From Squalus acanthias (lineage: Eukaryota), in assembly GCA_030390025.1 (NCBI GenBank), contig CM059432.1:103728001-103792000 (forward strand): a stretch of DNA of 64,000 nt. The letters are read 5' to 3'. Positions 52,001 to 64,000 of the stretch are shown piece by piece (the stretch's first letter is position 1; each line of letters begins with the position of its first letter). A program made the position numbers and the translations under genes. The notes under the pieces were generated by a model that saw only the letters and a program-made list of their open reading frames with translations, was not told the DNA's origin and did not search any database.

Positions 52001-53305
52001 GAAGCTGTGGAAGCTACTTCATTAAATAAATTTAAAACAGAAATAGACAGTTTCCTAGAAGTAAAGGGAATCAGGGGTTACGGGGAGTGGGCTGGAAATT
52101 GGACATGAGTTTGAGTTCGGATCGGTCAAGGCCCTGTGGGTGGCGGAGCGGGCCCAGGGGCCGAGTGGCCTGGTCCTGCTCCTACTTCTTGTGTTCTTTA
52201 GAGTTGAGGTTGGATCAGATCAGCCATGATCTCATTGAATGGCGGAGCAGGCTCGAGGGGCCGATTGGTCTACTCCAGCTCCTATTTCTTATGTTCTTAT
52301 GTTCTTATGTCACTTGCTTTTTGTGGTATATATCAATGATCTAGACTTGAATATAGGGGGTATGATTAAGAAGTTTGCAGATGATACTAAAATCGGCTGT
52401 GTGGTTGATACTGAAGAAGGAAGCTGTAGACTGCAGAAAGATATCAATAAATTGGTCATGTGGGCAGAACAGTGGCAAATGGAATTCAATCTGGAGAAGT
52501 GTGAGGTAATGCATTTGGGGAGGGCTAACAAGGAAAGGGAATACACATTAAATGGTAGAACACTGAGTAGTGTAGAGGAACAAAGGGAACTTGGAGTGCA
52601 TGTCCACAGATCCCTGAAGATAACAGGCCAGGTAGATAAGGTGGTTAAGAAGGCATACGGAATGCTTGCCTTTATTAGCCGTGGCATAGAATACAAGAGC
52701 AGGGGGGTTATTCTTCAACTGTATAAAACACTAGTTAGGCCTCAGCTAGAGTACTGCGTGCAGTTCTGGTCACCAGATTGCAGGAAAGATGTGATTGCAC
52801 TAGAGAGGGTACAGAGGAGATTTACAAGGATGTTGCCGGGAGTAGAGAATCTTAGCTATGAGGAAAGACTGGATAGGCTGGGTCTGTTTTCCTTGGAACA
52901 GAGGAGGCTGAGGGGAGAACTTATTGAGGTGTATAAAATTATGAGGGGCATAGATAAAGTGGATAGAAAGGACCTTTTTCCCTTAGCAGAGGGGTCAAAA
53001 ACCAGGGGGCACAGATTTAAAGTAATTGGTGGAAGGTTTGGAGAGGATTTGAGGGGAAATTTCTTCACCCAGAGGATTGTGGGGGTCTGGAACTCACTGC
53101 CTGAAAGGGTGGTCGAGGCAGGAACCCTAACCACATTTAAAAAGTACTTGGATGTGCACTTGGGATGCTCTAACGTGCGGGGCTACGGACCAAGAGCTGG
53201 GAAGTGGGATTAGGTTGGATAGCTCTTTGTTGGACGGCGTGGACACGATGGGCCGAAATGGCCTCCTTCCGTGCTGTAACTTTCTATGATTCTATGATTC
53301 TATGA
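49030..53305 (+). mobile_element. CR1 split at the GSVL/GP motif by a younger CR1
   Basis: RT N-half 49040-49639 ends VPQGSVL; resumes at about 52309 (LLFVVYINDLD...FADD); (TTCTATGA)n tail. Confidence 0.92.
49640..52308 (+). mobile_element. Nested CR1 with partial endonuclease and 521-aa uninterrupted RT ORF
   Basis: MGDFNY...SDHN (49710-50372); ORF 50543-52108; (TTCTTATG)n tail; closely similar to 9284-10883. Confidence 0.95.
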
Positions 53306-54599
53306 TATCTCACATTCATAGCTTCACCTCACCCTCACACACTTACCACAGCTGCAAGCCTCACACCCTCATTTCACAGCCTGCACACAATGTTAGCTAT
53401 TCAACCATGACAGGCATATCACCCAAACACATCGAACTACACTCTCTGACACACGCAGCCTCCAGCTTAGGTACTGGCACTGATCAGACTTTAGAGGGTA
53501 GCTTAGAGGTGGGATCTGCATGTGGTGAGTCACCGGGCACAAGTGGGCTGCAGCCAGGGCAGGGGGAAAGGGTAGCGCAGGTGCCAGATCCCCAGAGTAC
53601 AAGGTCATACACGAGGTCTGCTGCAGAGGACTCAGTGAGGACTTTGATGGGGCGGCCTACAGAAGAAGGCTGATGGTTATGCACAATGAAAGGCTTGGAG
53701 CATTGGCAGGCCTGCCAGAAAGCCTGAGTGTAGTTTCAAAGAGCATGGAGGAGTCCGGCACCAACTTTGCACAGGGCTTTGCGCAGAGCTTGGAGCCCAT
53801 GATTTCCAGCATGGAAGTGATGGCAACTCCATTAGCACACTTGTGAGCCCAACCATGATGCAGGGTCTGATGGCTGATGTCTCAGCTTCCATTGCAGCAC
53901 AAGCAGAAGCCACCAATGTCTGAGTGCTGCAGTGAAGCTCAGACTGCTCTCATGCAGGCTCAGCTTGCTGCCACGCAACCTCAGACTGCTTCCATCGTGG
54001 TTGCGTTTACCAGTGTGGAAAGGGGCTTGCAGGGTATCACAGCAATCCAGCAATCTGTCCTCCAACAGATGGCTAGGATTGCTGAGGCTCTGCCCCCAAT
54101 GGCTCCGTGGAGCACGAACCTGCTGTCCTCTCTCAGGATGACAGCATTCATCCTTTCAACTCTGCCACTCTACCAGTGCCCTTGCTGTTGCCTGTCAGCC
54201 AACCAGCCCAGACTGCTGCCGCCCATGCCGAGGTGGCGCAGTCTAAAGCCGGACCTTCTAGGCCCAGAGCTGCTCGAGGTCGTCCTCCTAGGCCATCTGC
54301 AGTCTCCCCCACTGAAAGTCAACAGCCTTCCACCAGCCACGCTGCAGCCACTGGGGTAGCACTGTGTAGGGGCACTAGGAAAGGCAAAGGCACACTGAAG
54401 ACAGGCACTAAGGGAATGCACAGGGTGATTAGTTCACTTTATTATGTAATATTGGATGGATTGATGTATATAGTTGGATTGGAATGTTTCTTTCGTGGTG
54501 GCTTTTATTTCAGCATTGTGGCCAAGAGTATGCTGTGAAGGTCAGTAACAGAGGGAAGGTAAGGTGTGGGACTATTGTTGAATGGGGAATTGGGGTTGC

Positions 54600-55855
54600 G
54601 GTCACAGGTACCGCAGTCGGATGAGTCGATCACGGACAGCCGGGGCAGAAAGGAGCTATCTGGGTTGCCTGCTCCCTTCCGCTTCCTCCTCTTCTGTTTC
54701 CTCCTCCTCTGCCTCCTCATCCTCCTCCTCAGCTGGTTGCCGTATGCCTGGTGGCAAGGGCTGTGCCCTCATGATGGCGAAATTGTGGAGCATGCAGCAA
54801 ACCACGACGAATCTTGAGACGCGCTCTGGGCTCTGATGAGTACTGCAGGGCTCCTTCAGAGCAGTCCAGGCAGTGGAAGCATTGTTTAAGGATGCCAGTG
54901 GTCTGTTTTATCAGATTTTGTGTGGCAGCATGGCTCTCATTGTACGCATGCTGCCCACTTGTGGTTCGGTTGCGGAGCGGAGTCATGAGCCAGGTAGTCA
55001 GCAGATAGCCCTTGTCGCGCAGTAGCCACCCTCTGGTTTGTCGTGGGGCTAAAAGACTGAGGGAACAGCGGACTGGCAGAATAAAAGCATCATGACTGCT
55101 GCCAGGATACCGGGCATTCACCATCATGATGTGCTGAGCAAGGTTACACACCAACTGCACATCCAGCGAGTGGTAACCTTTGCGATAACAAGTACATTTG
55201 CATTACATCTCAGCATTTAGATGCGGCACCCGCAAAACCACGTGCATGCAGTCGATGGCGCTCTGCACCATGGGGAAGCCCGCTATCCTGGAAAAGCCAC
55301 GTGCTTGCAGTCGATGGCGCTCTGCACCATGGGGAAGCCCGCTATCTTGCCAAAGGCTCCTGTGCACTCCGCCTGCTTCTCTCTGGTCAGAGAGAAGACA
55401 ACGAACTTCCCTCTCCTGGCATAAAGAACCTCTGTCACCTCTCTTATGCAGCAGTGGACGGTGAACTGGGAGATGTTACAGATGTCACCTGCTCCAGCCT
55501 GGAAGAATCCCGACGTGTGGAAATTCAGGGCCATGGTCACCTTCACAGCCACTGGTAGCGCTGTCCTTGCCCTGATGTGAGGCTGCAGGTCTGGTTGCAA
55601 GAGGTGGCAGAATTCTGTGAGCACCTCCTTCCTAAAGTGCAAAAGCCCAACACACTGCTCCTGGTTCAGCCTGAGGTAAGAGAATTGCTCTTGGAAGACC
55701 CTAAGTGGGTAAGGCCTTCTGCTGAGAGCCCTCCTGCCCTTCCTCCTCCTCCCTCTGCGAGCAGCTTGTCCTCTTCTTGGCTGCCTCTGCCCCATCTTCC
55801 TGTCATGCTGCAGGCCAAGGGGGATGACAACTAGAACACCCATGACTGGGAGCAA
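54600..55855 (-). pseudogene. Harbinger (HARBI1-like) DDE transposase, disrupted
   Basis: ALPVAVKVTMALNF, GFPMVQSAIDCKHVA, YPGSSHDAFIL, WLLRDKGY, YNESHAATQNLIKQT. Confidence 0.88.
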
Positions 55856-57179
55856 GTGGTCTGACCAGAACCCTTGAAGTCAGAAGCAAGGTCTTCTCCA
55901 CTTGCAGCACCACTCCCTGTCACCTCACCAACTTTAAATAACTCTAGAAAGCTCCAAACACTTCAACAAACTTACACTGAGCCAGTAGAAATTAGTCAGC
56001 AACTAACCTTAGAGTGGTTGCAGATCCCTTTAAATATTGCTGGTGTGGGGTCCTTGCTGCTGCTGAACACATGTTCAGCTGTGCGGTTAAGACAGGGCGT
56101 TAGCTCCAGCGTTCAGGACAAAAATGGCAGCGCTGGCATCAAATCAGCGTTGCACAATCTGCCTACTCTACATACTTCCGGTGCACACTCCTAACACCCG
56201 CCCTACCGCCCTCACCAAGATGACATCTGGCACGCCATGCACCAGAAGTGCACGCACATGGCACGGACGCCATTTTCATCACAAAACGGCACCTGTAGTG
56301 CCGATAAATTGGGCCCAATGTATCTTTATCTCCATAATTTCCAATTCTAATGATTCCTTAAAGATCGAGCCAGAGTGTGACCAATTTCACTGGTATTTCC
56401 CTAAATACCCTTGTGTGCCGACCATCTGCCCCCAGGGCTGTGAATGAAACAAAATGTAAAAGTGCAACCAGCTTGCCTGTTAGGAACAAAGACTCTCTAA
56501 AATATATAAACATGTAGCTGTAAGGAAGGACTGAGCTGTAAGAAGATTATCTCAAATACTTTTGCAAAGTTGATCTTATCCCCGTGAGTCTGTGTGGATT
56601 TACTCTATAAAAATGAGGAACCCCTAAAGGCCAAGAAAGGAGCCACTTTTCCAAACCTGATTGACTAGAATTCTTCAATACGCAGTCTGTTCCAGTATTG
56701 GACAACTCCCTCTAATCAACTTTAGTTACTGACTTTTCTGCCCTAGTTGTTGTATAAAGTGAACTCCCTGCTGCTGTCAATGCCTATCACATTCAGAGCT
56801 TAACCAAGCCTGTTACAGGAAGCTAAACCCATAATGACATCAGTCCTTTCATAACACTGTTTACTTCTTTCCATTTTTTTTCACTGTTGGTTTTTCTCTT
56901 TATTTTTGCTTTGGCTTACTTAGATCTGCTTTGCAAAAGAAAAGGCATGTTTTCACTGATGAGAATTATTGGTGTGTGAGCATTGAAAACTCCTGGGCCA
57001 ATTTTGTATCGGAAGGCTAACGTCATTTGGGTGGTCATTGAACAGCAAGCGCCAACACATGCTGATGTCATATACTTAGAATCCTGAGCACCAAAATTAT
57101 GTATTGTGTCGCAATGAATGAGACACAATTAGTCTATTATAAAATGTGGCTCACACTAGGATCAGAGGAAACAAATACA

Positions 57180-57287
57180 GGCCCAGAATTTCCTCAAAAC
57201 TGCTCCTGCTCCGCTACCGTAACTTCGCCACAAGTGTGGCAAAGTTATGGTGATGGAACGGGAAAAGCTCCGAGGAAATTCCAGGCC
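57180..57287. mobile_element. 108-bp hairpin MITE
   Basis: TIRs GGCCCAGAATTTCCTC and GGCCTGGAATTTCCTC (14/16); interior also self-complementary. Confidence 0.75.
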
Positions 57288-57660
57288 ATTTATCTCTGTG
57301 AGTAGAAATGTAAGTATCCTGCTCACATGTGACTTTGCATATTGTCTGTTTGCTACACTGTTTACACAATAGTTTCACAGCAGTGGCTTCTGCATTCACA
57401 CGTATAAAAATCCAAGTTCTTTAAAATGGAGTCAGGATGTAAAATGGGGTATCTTGTTCACAGAGATATCTTTCTTTCCTCTTTTCTCTCTGTAAACTGT
57501 GTTATACAATGGGTTATTCCATTGTCACTTTTCTCCCCACAGTTTGGAGGAAACTTGGTGTGATGTGCTCTAATTTTTCCTCCTTTCTTCACTCTTTATG
57601 AGGACGTGCCTCACATCCAATCAGTGCCTTCCACCGATGGTACACCCAAGATCAGACACT

Positions 57661-58524
57661 GGCTGGATTTTACCTGCCGAGATGAGTTGGGGGCGGGACT
57701 GCTGCCTTCCGGGTTCTAGTCCCGCCCCCAGAGACGTCTGACGAATAGATGCTATTTTCCCCTGATTGGCCTTGTTAAGCCCGCCCTGCGGGCTTGCCAG
57801 TCAATTAAGGGAAAGCTGGTGTCAGATGACATCAGTGAATGATGCTTCATCTGCCGGTTTTCTTAAAGGGACAGGCCCCATAATTTTTTGACAGATGAAT
57901 TGTCAGTGTTTGACAGCATTGAGGTGCTGTCAAACACTGACAATCACTGTCCAAAGGTGAACCCTTGCATCCAGGCAGACCAATGACTCTCTCCTTCGGA
58001 GAAAACAGATGGCAGCTGCATGTGAGATTGAAGAAGCCATCTGTCTATTCTCCTGATCAGATGAGGCTTCACAGAAACATCAAATCTTGTCACCTGCAGA
58101 TACATATAAACAGAATAAAAATATTTCTCACTACATTCTCTCACCTGTCATACTTACCTGTGCACCATTGCACCCATCACATTACCTCTGCAGCTGTCAT
58201 TTGCACACTTACACTGCAGCAGCCCCACAGCTCGCCTCGCTGACCCTGGCAGGGTTTCCCGTCGTCGGGAAGGTCGCATCAACAGGCTGAAAATGGGGAA
58301 AAGCCTCTTAACTGCCTGTTAACTACTCGTTAACAGGCAGTTAATTGGCTCTAATCCTCTTCCCGCCGCTAGGAGACGGGTCCCTGCGCGAATCGGGGAC
58401 CCACCTCCCAGGAAGATGGTTCGGAGGCGGGTTGGGAGCAGGGTTGGGACCCGTTCCCAATTTTTCCCATTTTCCCAGCAGTCCTGCCTCCAAACCCGCC
58501 TCCTCAGGGCTGGTAAAATCCACG
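57661..58524. mobile_element. Harbinger-type MITE related to 41085-42795
   Basis: TIR core TGGATTTTACC at both ends; 57890-57945 resembles the reverse complement of 42545-42605. Confidence 0.68.
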
Positions 58525-58874
58525 TGTTTGGAATATCAGGCACAAACCCGCATCCTACCAAGCACAGCAGTTGCAGTTTATCTACAGTACTGGTATCCTC
58601 CCAGGTACCCAGTATGCTGGATCACTGCTCCTTTGCAAGCATGTACGTGTAATGTCAAATCGTTCTGGAAGGAATTTGTGAGAGTCAGCATCCTGATAAT
58701 TTTACCCTGTGCGGTGACGGATTAGTTCGTTGTCAATGAGTGAGCTACGGTAATTAGATGAGGGCCACAGGCTGTTCAAATTAGGGAAGGAGCTGTCCTG
58801 CCAAAGATGAAGTTGCCAGCAATGGAAATTCTAGTGCAGCTATTGTACTGCTAGCAACATGCAAACAACGTGCC

Positions 58875-59242
58875 AAAGCAAAATACTGCGGAGGCTGGAT
58901 ATCTGAATTAAAAAACAGAAAATGCTGGAAACACTCAACAGGTCAGGCAGCATCTGCGGGGAGAGAAACAAAGTTAACGTTTCAGGTCAATGACCCTTCA
59001 TCAGAACCCTTTGCCAAACAACAACAGTGCCTCCCTTCTCCACGTGTATAATGATAATGTCAGGGTTGGATCTGAGAGAACAGAGTGCTACAATTCGGGG
59101 AGGGTAAGAGGCCAGAGGGAGGGGTCCAGGTGGAATGAGAATTCTGAAGGTAGGTCATTGACCTGAAACGTTAACCCTGTTTCTCTCTCCACAGATGCTG
59201 CCTGACCTGCTGACTGAGTGTTCCCAGCATTTTGTGCTTTTA
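58875..59242. mobile_element. Short Penelope-derived fold-back with two hammerhead motifs
   Basis: Motif on - at 58972-59008 (CTGATGA...GAAACGTT) and a mutated copy on + at about 59140-59176; TSD 14/16 at 58859-58874 and 59243-59258. Confidence 0.8.
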
Positions 59243-59264
59243 ATGCAAACAAAGTACCTCAGAA

Positions 59265-59450
59265 AAAATAAAGATTTGCATTTATATAGTGCCTTATCAC
59301 ATCAAAATTGCTCAAAAAGCCTCACACAGAGAATTACTTTGAAGTGCACTGATTGTTGTTATGTATGTAAATGTGGCAGCCATTTGTGACTAGAATGGCC
59401 TCCCAAACAGCAATGAGATGAATGGCCAGACAATTTGTTTTTGCTGGTAA
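59265..59450 (-). mobile_element. Probable Deu-domain SINE 3' part (SacSINE1/AmnSINE1-like)
   Basis: AAAGATTTGCATTTATATAGTGCC...TTTGAAGTGCACTGATTGTTG...GGCAGCCATTTG...AAACAGCAATGAGATGAATG, recognised from memory; a similar tail occurs near 18115. Confidence 0.5.
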
Positions 59451-59742
59451 AGCAGTAAACTTTTATTCTGCTCTTCAGCCAGGCCTGCCGTCTTGGATCT
59501 GTGCCAACTCAGGAAGCTGCAGCTACAACTTGCTGTTTCATCCCACCTGCATGTTGACACCATTTTCCTGGCAGTTCATGGTATAGGAACAGAATCCAAT
59601 GGATTCACTGTTGCATGTACCACAGGGTGACACTGGCTGACTGAGTGAGGTCGGAGGGTACAGCTGAACTGAGGGGGGGTGGGTGTCAAAATGTTTAAAG
59701 TAAGTCATTGTAAAAAACCTTCCAGAATGTTAAAGATACATT

Positions 59743-60416
59743 GGGGGCGAAATTGGACCTTGTTTCACCCATTCCTCGGCTGCAAAACAGACGCAAAAAG
59801 GGCCAAATGGCTATGTCCTGTACCTAAGGGTGCATAAAATCCGTCCAAAGTCATATTGGTTCAGATGATATTCAAGCACCTTTGGCGGCTGCCTTTAGCA
59901 GGTGTGTGCATATGCTACTGAGGAGTGCATTACCTATTTAAGGACCTGAAATTGGTCAAAAAGTAGGCGGAATTTGCACTGCACAAGCTCCGATTCGTTT
60001 TTCTGGCTCTACAATGGTCTAATCGGTGATCCTTAAAGGCCACCGAAGACAAGATAAGTAAACATTTTTCCACTTACCTTAAAGTGGAGTCAGGAGGAGC
60101 AGGAGTGCTCCATCTGGCTCCACAACAATACTGCCAGCCAGTACCGACCCGTGCTCGCCCCCCTCCCATTTGCCTCCCCCTCCTCCTAGGACCTACCTTA
60201 GGGCTGCTGCTGGCGTTGCAGCCAGCCCAAGTCGATATGCAGAAAACTGGTGAGCCGCCTCTGGACGGCCGATTGGCATTCGCAGCTTGCCAGAATTATT
60301 CAGATGTGGTCCGAGGCCCAATTTCAGGCCATTCTCAGGCCGCTGGCTCCTGGCGCACACTCCGAGTGCAGCAAACATTTTGTGCCCAGAAACGTGCCTA
60401 AATAAATTTCATCCTC
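59743..60416. mobile_element. Harbinger-type MITE
   Basis: Imperfect TIRs GGGGGCGAAATT and GAGGATGAAATT; ATT on both flanks. Confidence 0.62.
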
Positions 60417-61375
60417 ATTCTGTTTCATTATTATGCTTTGAATTGTTTTTCTCTAAAAAAATAAGTTCCAGTGTATTCGGTTATAAACCAAAAAGCCTTG
60501 CATAAATACATTGGGATCACAGAAATCGGATTCACTCCAAATTCATTTGACTACATAGTAAAAATCTACAACTACTGTATTCTCCTTTTGAAACAGGTCT
60601 AGATGACTCTGTTGCACGGTGAACAGAGCCGCACATGTACCCAGTGCAGGGCCTGCAAACACTCATGTGCCAATCAGGCTAAGTATTCTGCTCCTACCAG
60701 ACAGAAGCATATTTTGGGTTTGCTGTAACTTAAGAAAGGCCTTTCAGTTCGAACACCTGTACAAGGTCATTAGTTTATAACCCTTCACATTTGTGGATTT
60801 TTCTCTAAACTGTGTTGCTCAGGTCAGGGCAAGCTTGCACCATGGAATGTTTCAGTTTATCATCTAGACTCCCATTAGCAAGTGCCTTTTGTGATGTGAT
60901 CATACTCTCCTAATGAGACATAAATTTCAGTGCCCATGTTTCATCCACAACTAGATTCAGATATCTAAATATTTGTGCCTATCTGGAAGAAAGCCATGCA
61001 CACCACAGTCTCTGATTGACATGCAGTGTTTTACTTACACAAAAGCTTCTACACAGCTCAGCATTTAGCCCAGACATAACATGGATGCCATGCATTTTTA
61101 AAAAAGCCTTCAGTGGAAAATTACCTGCTTTTTTAACAAATGCACTGAGGGTAATTTTGACTTTGGGCTATAATGCAAAGCAGGCGATAGTGAATCAGCA
61201 GCCGCTTTACATCTCCTGATTTTTCATTTGCATGACTTCCGATGAGAGATGTAAAACAGGTTGCTAATTCGCTATTACAATAGCAAAATACTGCGGATGC
61301 TGGAAATCCTAAATAACAACAGAAAATGCTGGAAAAACTCAGCAGGCCAGGCAGCATCCGTGGAGAGAGAAACAG

Positions 61376-61412
61376 AGTTAACGTTTCAGGTCGAAGACCT
61401 TTCGTCAGAACT
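61376..61412 (-). ncRNA. Minimal type I hammerhead ribozyme motif
   Basis: Minus strand AGTT-CTGACGA-A-AGGTC-TTC-GACCT-GAAA-CG-TT-AACT. Confidence 0.85.
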
Positions 61413-62151
61413 GGAAAAAAGCAGGAAATGGAATAGATTTTAAAGCAAATTTAGGGGCTGGGAAAAGGGGGAGGGGATGAAAGAACAAAAGGGAAGGTCA
61501 GTGATAGGATAGAAAGCAGGAGAGATTAAGAGACATTAAGAGATATTCAAGGCAAGAGGAGGTGGTAATGTGACAGGTTAAGGAACAAAGGATGGCTCTA
61601 GATGAAGTGTGAATTGCGCTGGCAGAATGAAGGACAACTGCTGTGTGGGAGGGAAGAAAAAAAGGCCAAACAAAAAGTGTGGATAAAAAATATATATATA
61701 TATATGTGATAGGGACCGAGGTTATGATCTGAAATTCTTGATCTCTATGTTGAGTCCAGAGGGCTGTAAAGTGCCTAATCGAAAGATGAGGTGCTGTTCC
61801 TCGAGCTTACGCTGAGCTTCCGTGGAACAATGCAAGAGGCCGAGGACGGTGAGGTCTGAGTGGGAATGGAGCGGTAGTGGGTGTTTGGCTTTTTTTTCTT
61901 CCCTCCCACATGGCAGCTGTCCTTCATTCTGCCAGCGCAATTCACACTTCATCTAGAGCCATCCTTTGTTCCTTAACCTATCCCATTACCACATCCTCTT
62001 GCCTTGAATATCTCTTAATGTCTCTCAATGTCTCTTAATCTCTCCTGCTTTCTATCCTATCACTGACCTTCCCTTTTGTTCTTTCATCCCCTCCCCCTTT
62101 TCCCAGCCCCTAAACTTGCTTTAAAATCTATTCCATTTCCTGCTTTTTTCC

Positions 62152-62188
62152 AGTTCTGACGAAAGGTCTTCAACCTGAAACGTTAACT
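62152..62188 (+). ncRNA. Minimal type I hammerhead ribozyme motif
   Basis: AGTT-CTGACGA-A-AGGT-CTTCA-ACCT-GAAA-CG-TT-AACT. Confidence 0.8.
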
Positions 62189-62644
62189 CTGTTTCTCTCT
62201 CCACGGATGCTGCCTGGCCTGCTGAGTTTTTCCAGCATTTTCTGTTGTTATTGCTAATTCGCTATTGCCTGTTTTACACTATCACACAAAGCCAAAATGA
62301 CCCCCACTGTCTTTTGATGTTGTTTAGCAGTGGGGCGTGGATGTTTACATAGTATTTACAGCACAGAAACAGGCCATTCGGCCCAACTGGTCTATGCCGG
62401 TGTTTGTGCTCCACACGAGCCTTCTGTCTTGATGCCACAGTATGAGGAATATGAAATAAATTTTAAGGATTCTCGCTGCTGACATGGAGCTTTACACACT
62501 GAGAAAACATATCGGGAATTTGGGAGGAAAGTTAATCGACAGAAAGCCTGCAGGACCTGCTGACCTCTATGCCTGAATTCCCAATATGCACTCCTGGGAA
62601 GCAAAGCTCCATGCCAGGAGCGTGGACTCATAAATCACCCCTTG

Positions 62645-62975
62645 AATGTTTTACTGCCCAGTATGTAATGGAGCCCAATAGACCAGGAAGGTGCCAAATT
62701 CGATCTTTGTTCTGTGCGGAGGTAGCTGATTTCAGCCAAGGCAGCAATGGGGTAATACAATTGTTATTAGTTGCACAGGACTAGGAAGGGGAAAATGGTA
62801 AAGGTTTGTCCTCCTGATCAGTATCCAGTAACTCTTGCTGGAAAGTGCGTGTGTCTGGGTGTTCGATGAGGATAAAATTAGGCTCAACCGTAATATGCCC
62901 CACAGTCGAATAGCCTGTCATTACTCACTATTTGGATGAGTGCAGCTAGTGCTTCTGGAACAGTACCCTTGCATG
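62645..62975 (+). mobile_element. Possible old SINE
   Basis: Loose similarity to 38260-38460 and a degenerate B-box-like segment; family not established. Confidence 0.3.
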
Positions 62976-64000
62976 ACTCAAATAAAAAGAGAATATATGT
63001 GAGTCAGAAGAGGAATGTGATAATGTCAGGTAGGTTTGCAAATACATATCTTGGGCAACACTATGGTTGATCTGAAAAGAGAAGTGATCCTTTCCGGAAT
63101 GATCCGTGAAGCCCTGTACTAAGTGAAGGTTTCACCCATGTCCAGTCAGGTTGCCATGGTTTTCCTTTCAACAAGTTAGATATCTGAACTGTTTCAGGGT
63201 TTCAATTGTGTCATTGAAGAGTTAAGAATAATAATTCTTTAGTTATTTTAGCACCAAAATAAAATGAAAAACAGAATAATTATAAATGCTAATTTTGGGA
63301 TTTAATAAGACTGTTAATCTTGAAGATCAAAATGCAATTATATGGAAAGAATTATTAAATATTAAATGGATAAAAGGTAATTTATATGTTTTTTTAAATT
63401 TAAGTCCATGAGGTAAGGTGATAGTTTTCCACATGATAAGAATGAGAAGAAACATTCAAAGGAGTTTTAAATTGCCTAACTCAAAAAAAATTTAATTTTA
63501 AATGCCACTGAAGTTATATTATTAAATATGATGTAAAATGATTTTCTCATTAAATATGGGGTAGAGTCTGCACCCACCTGTGCCACTTGTGAGGCACAGA
63601 ATGGGGGCAGGGATCAGAAAATTGGACAAGCAAGCTTTACACATGTTTTGCAGTCAATCCCTTCTGCTCACAATTTTACAGCTGGCTACATTTCATGTCC
63701 TAAAGTACTTAGCTTCATTAAGCCATCAGAATTCATGGAGAATATTTAAATGAATACCTGGTGCAATTTGAGCCCTGATTACACTTTTTACCTTCAAAGC
63801 CCATTTTAAAGGGAAACTCCTTGTGATGGAGCTCTTAAAGGGACCAGACTTTGTATTATTTTGCTGTTGCAATGCTTACGGTACCTCTTTAGTAATATGT
63901 TTTTATTAGATCTTTTTCAGTATTTCTGATTTTTTTAATTAATATTTATTTTTGGAATATTTTGGGGGGAACTATTTTTACTTATTCATTACACAGAAAC

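Larger units (their letters stand above)
45946..56316. mobile_element. Harbinger DNA transposon (Myb/SANT gene on +, transposase on -, convergent) split by CR1 insertions
   Basis: Myb-like exon about 46275-46466 resumes at 48889; later coiled-coil-like exons about 53470-54430; transposase about 54600-55855. The termini GGCCTAGAAATT and AAATTGGGCCC match only weakly, so boundaries are tentative. Confidence 0.72.
61277..62250 (-). mobile_element. Penelope-like element, tail-to-tail inverted pseudo-LTRs around a GIY-YIG C-terminal remnant
   Basis: About 350-bp inverted arms; QRKLEEQHLIFRLGTLQPSGLNIE; 16-bp TSD TTGCTAATTCGCTATT at 61261-61276 and 62251-62266. Confidence 0.93.

Noticed and set aside
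53877..55855. Domesticated host HARBI1 or MSANTD gene
   Set aside because: Frameshifts, an internal duplication and nested LINEs indicate a dead transposon.
60578..60625. Candidate host terminal exon (acceptor ...CCTTTTGAAACAG then GLDDSVAR-stop)
   Set aside because: No partner exons or recognisable homology; acceptor-like sites are common by chance. RNA-seq would settle it.

Overview
Vertebrate nuclear DNA, most likely a shark or ray judging from the CR1, Penelope and Harbinger repertoire (inference). It is almost entirely nested transposable elements separated by AT-rich unique islands. I found no convincing host gene exon, tRNA, rRNA or CRISPR array. Main contents: (1) the 5' end of an LTR retroelement on the minus strand, with a ~1.7-kb LTR, an 18-nt tRNA-Arg primer-binding site and an open gag-like ORF whose ATG overlaps the PBS; (2) a full-length CR1 LINE with a tandem-monomer 5' end and four nested insertions; (3) many truncated CR1 copies, an RTE LINE and a divergent CR1-group LINE; (4) Penelope-like elements and non-coding fold-back mini-elements carrying minimal type I hammerhead ribozyme motifs of two sequence families; (5) a ~10-kb Harbinger transposon (Myb/SANT gene plus transposase) split by three CR1 insertions, other Harbinger remnants and many MITEs; (6) two solo LTRs. 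Family assignments come from motif recognition by eye, not database searches.
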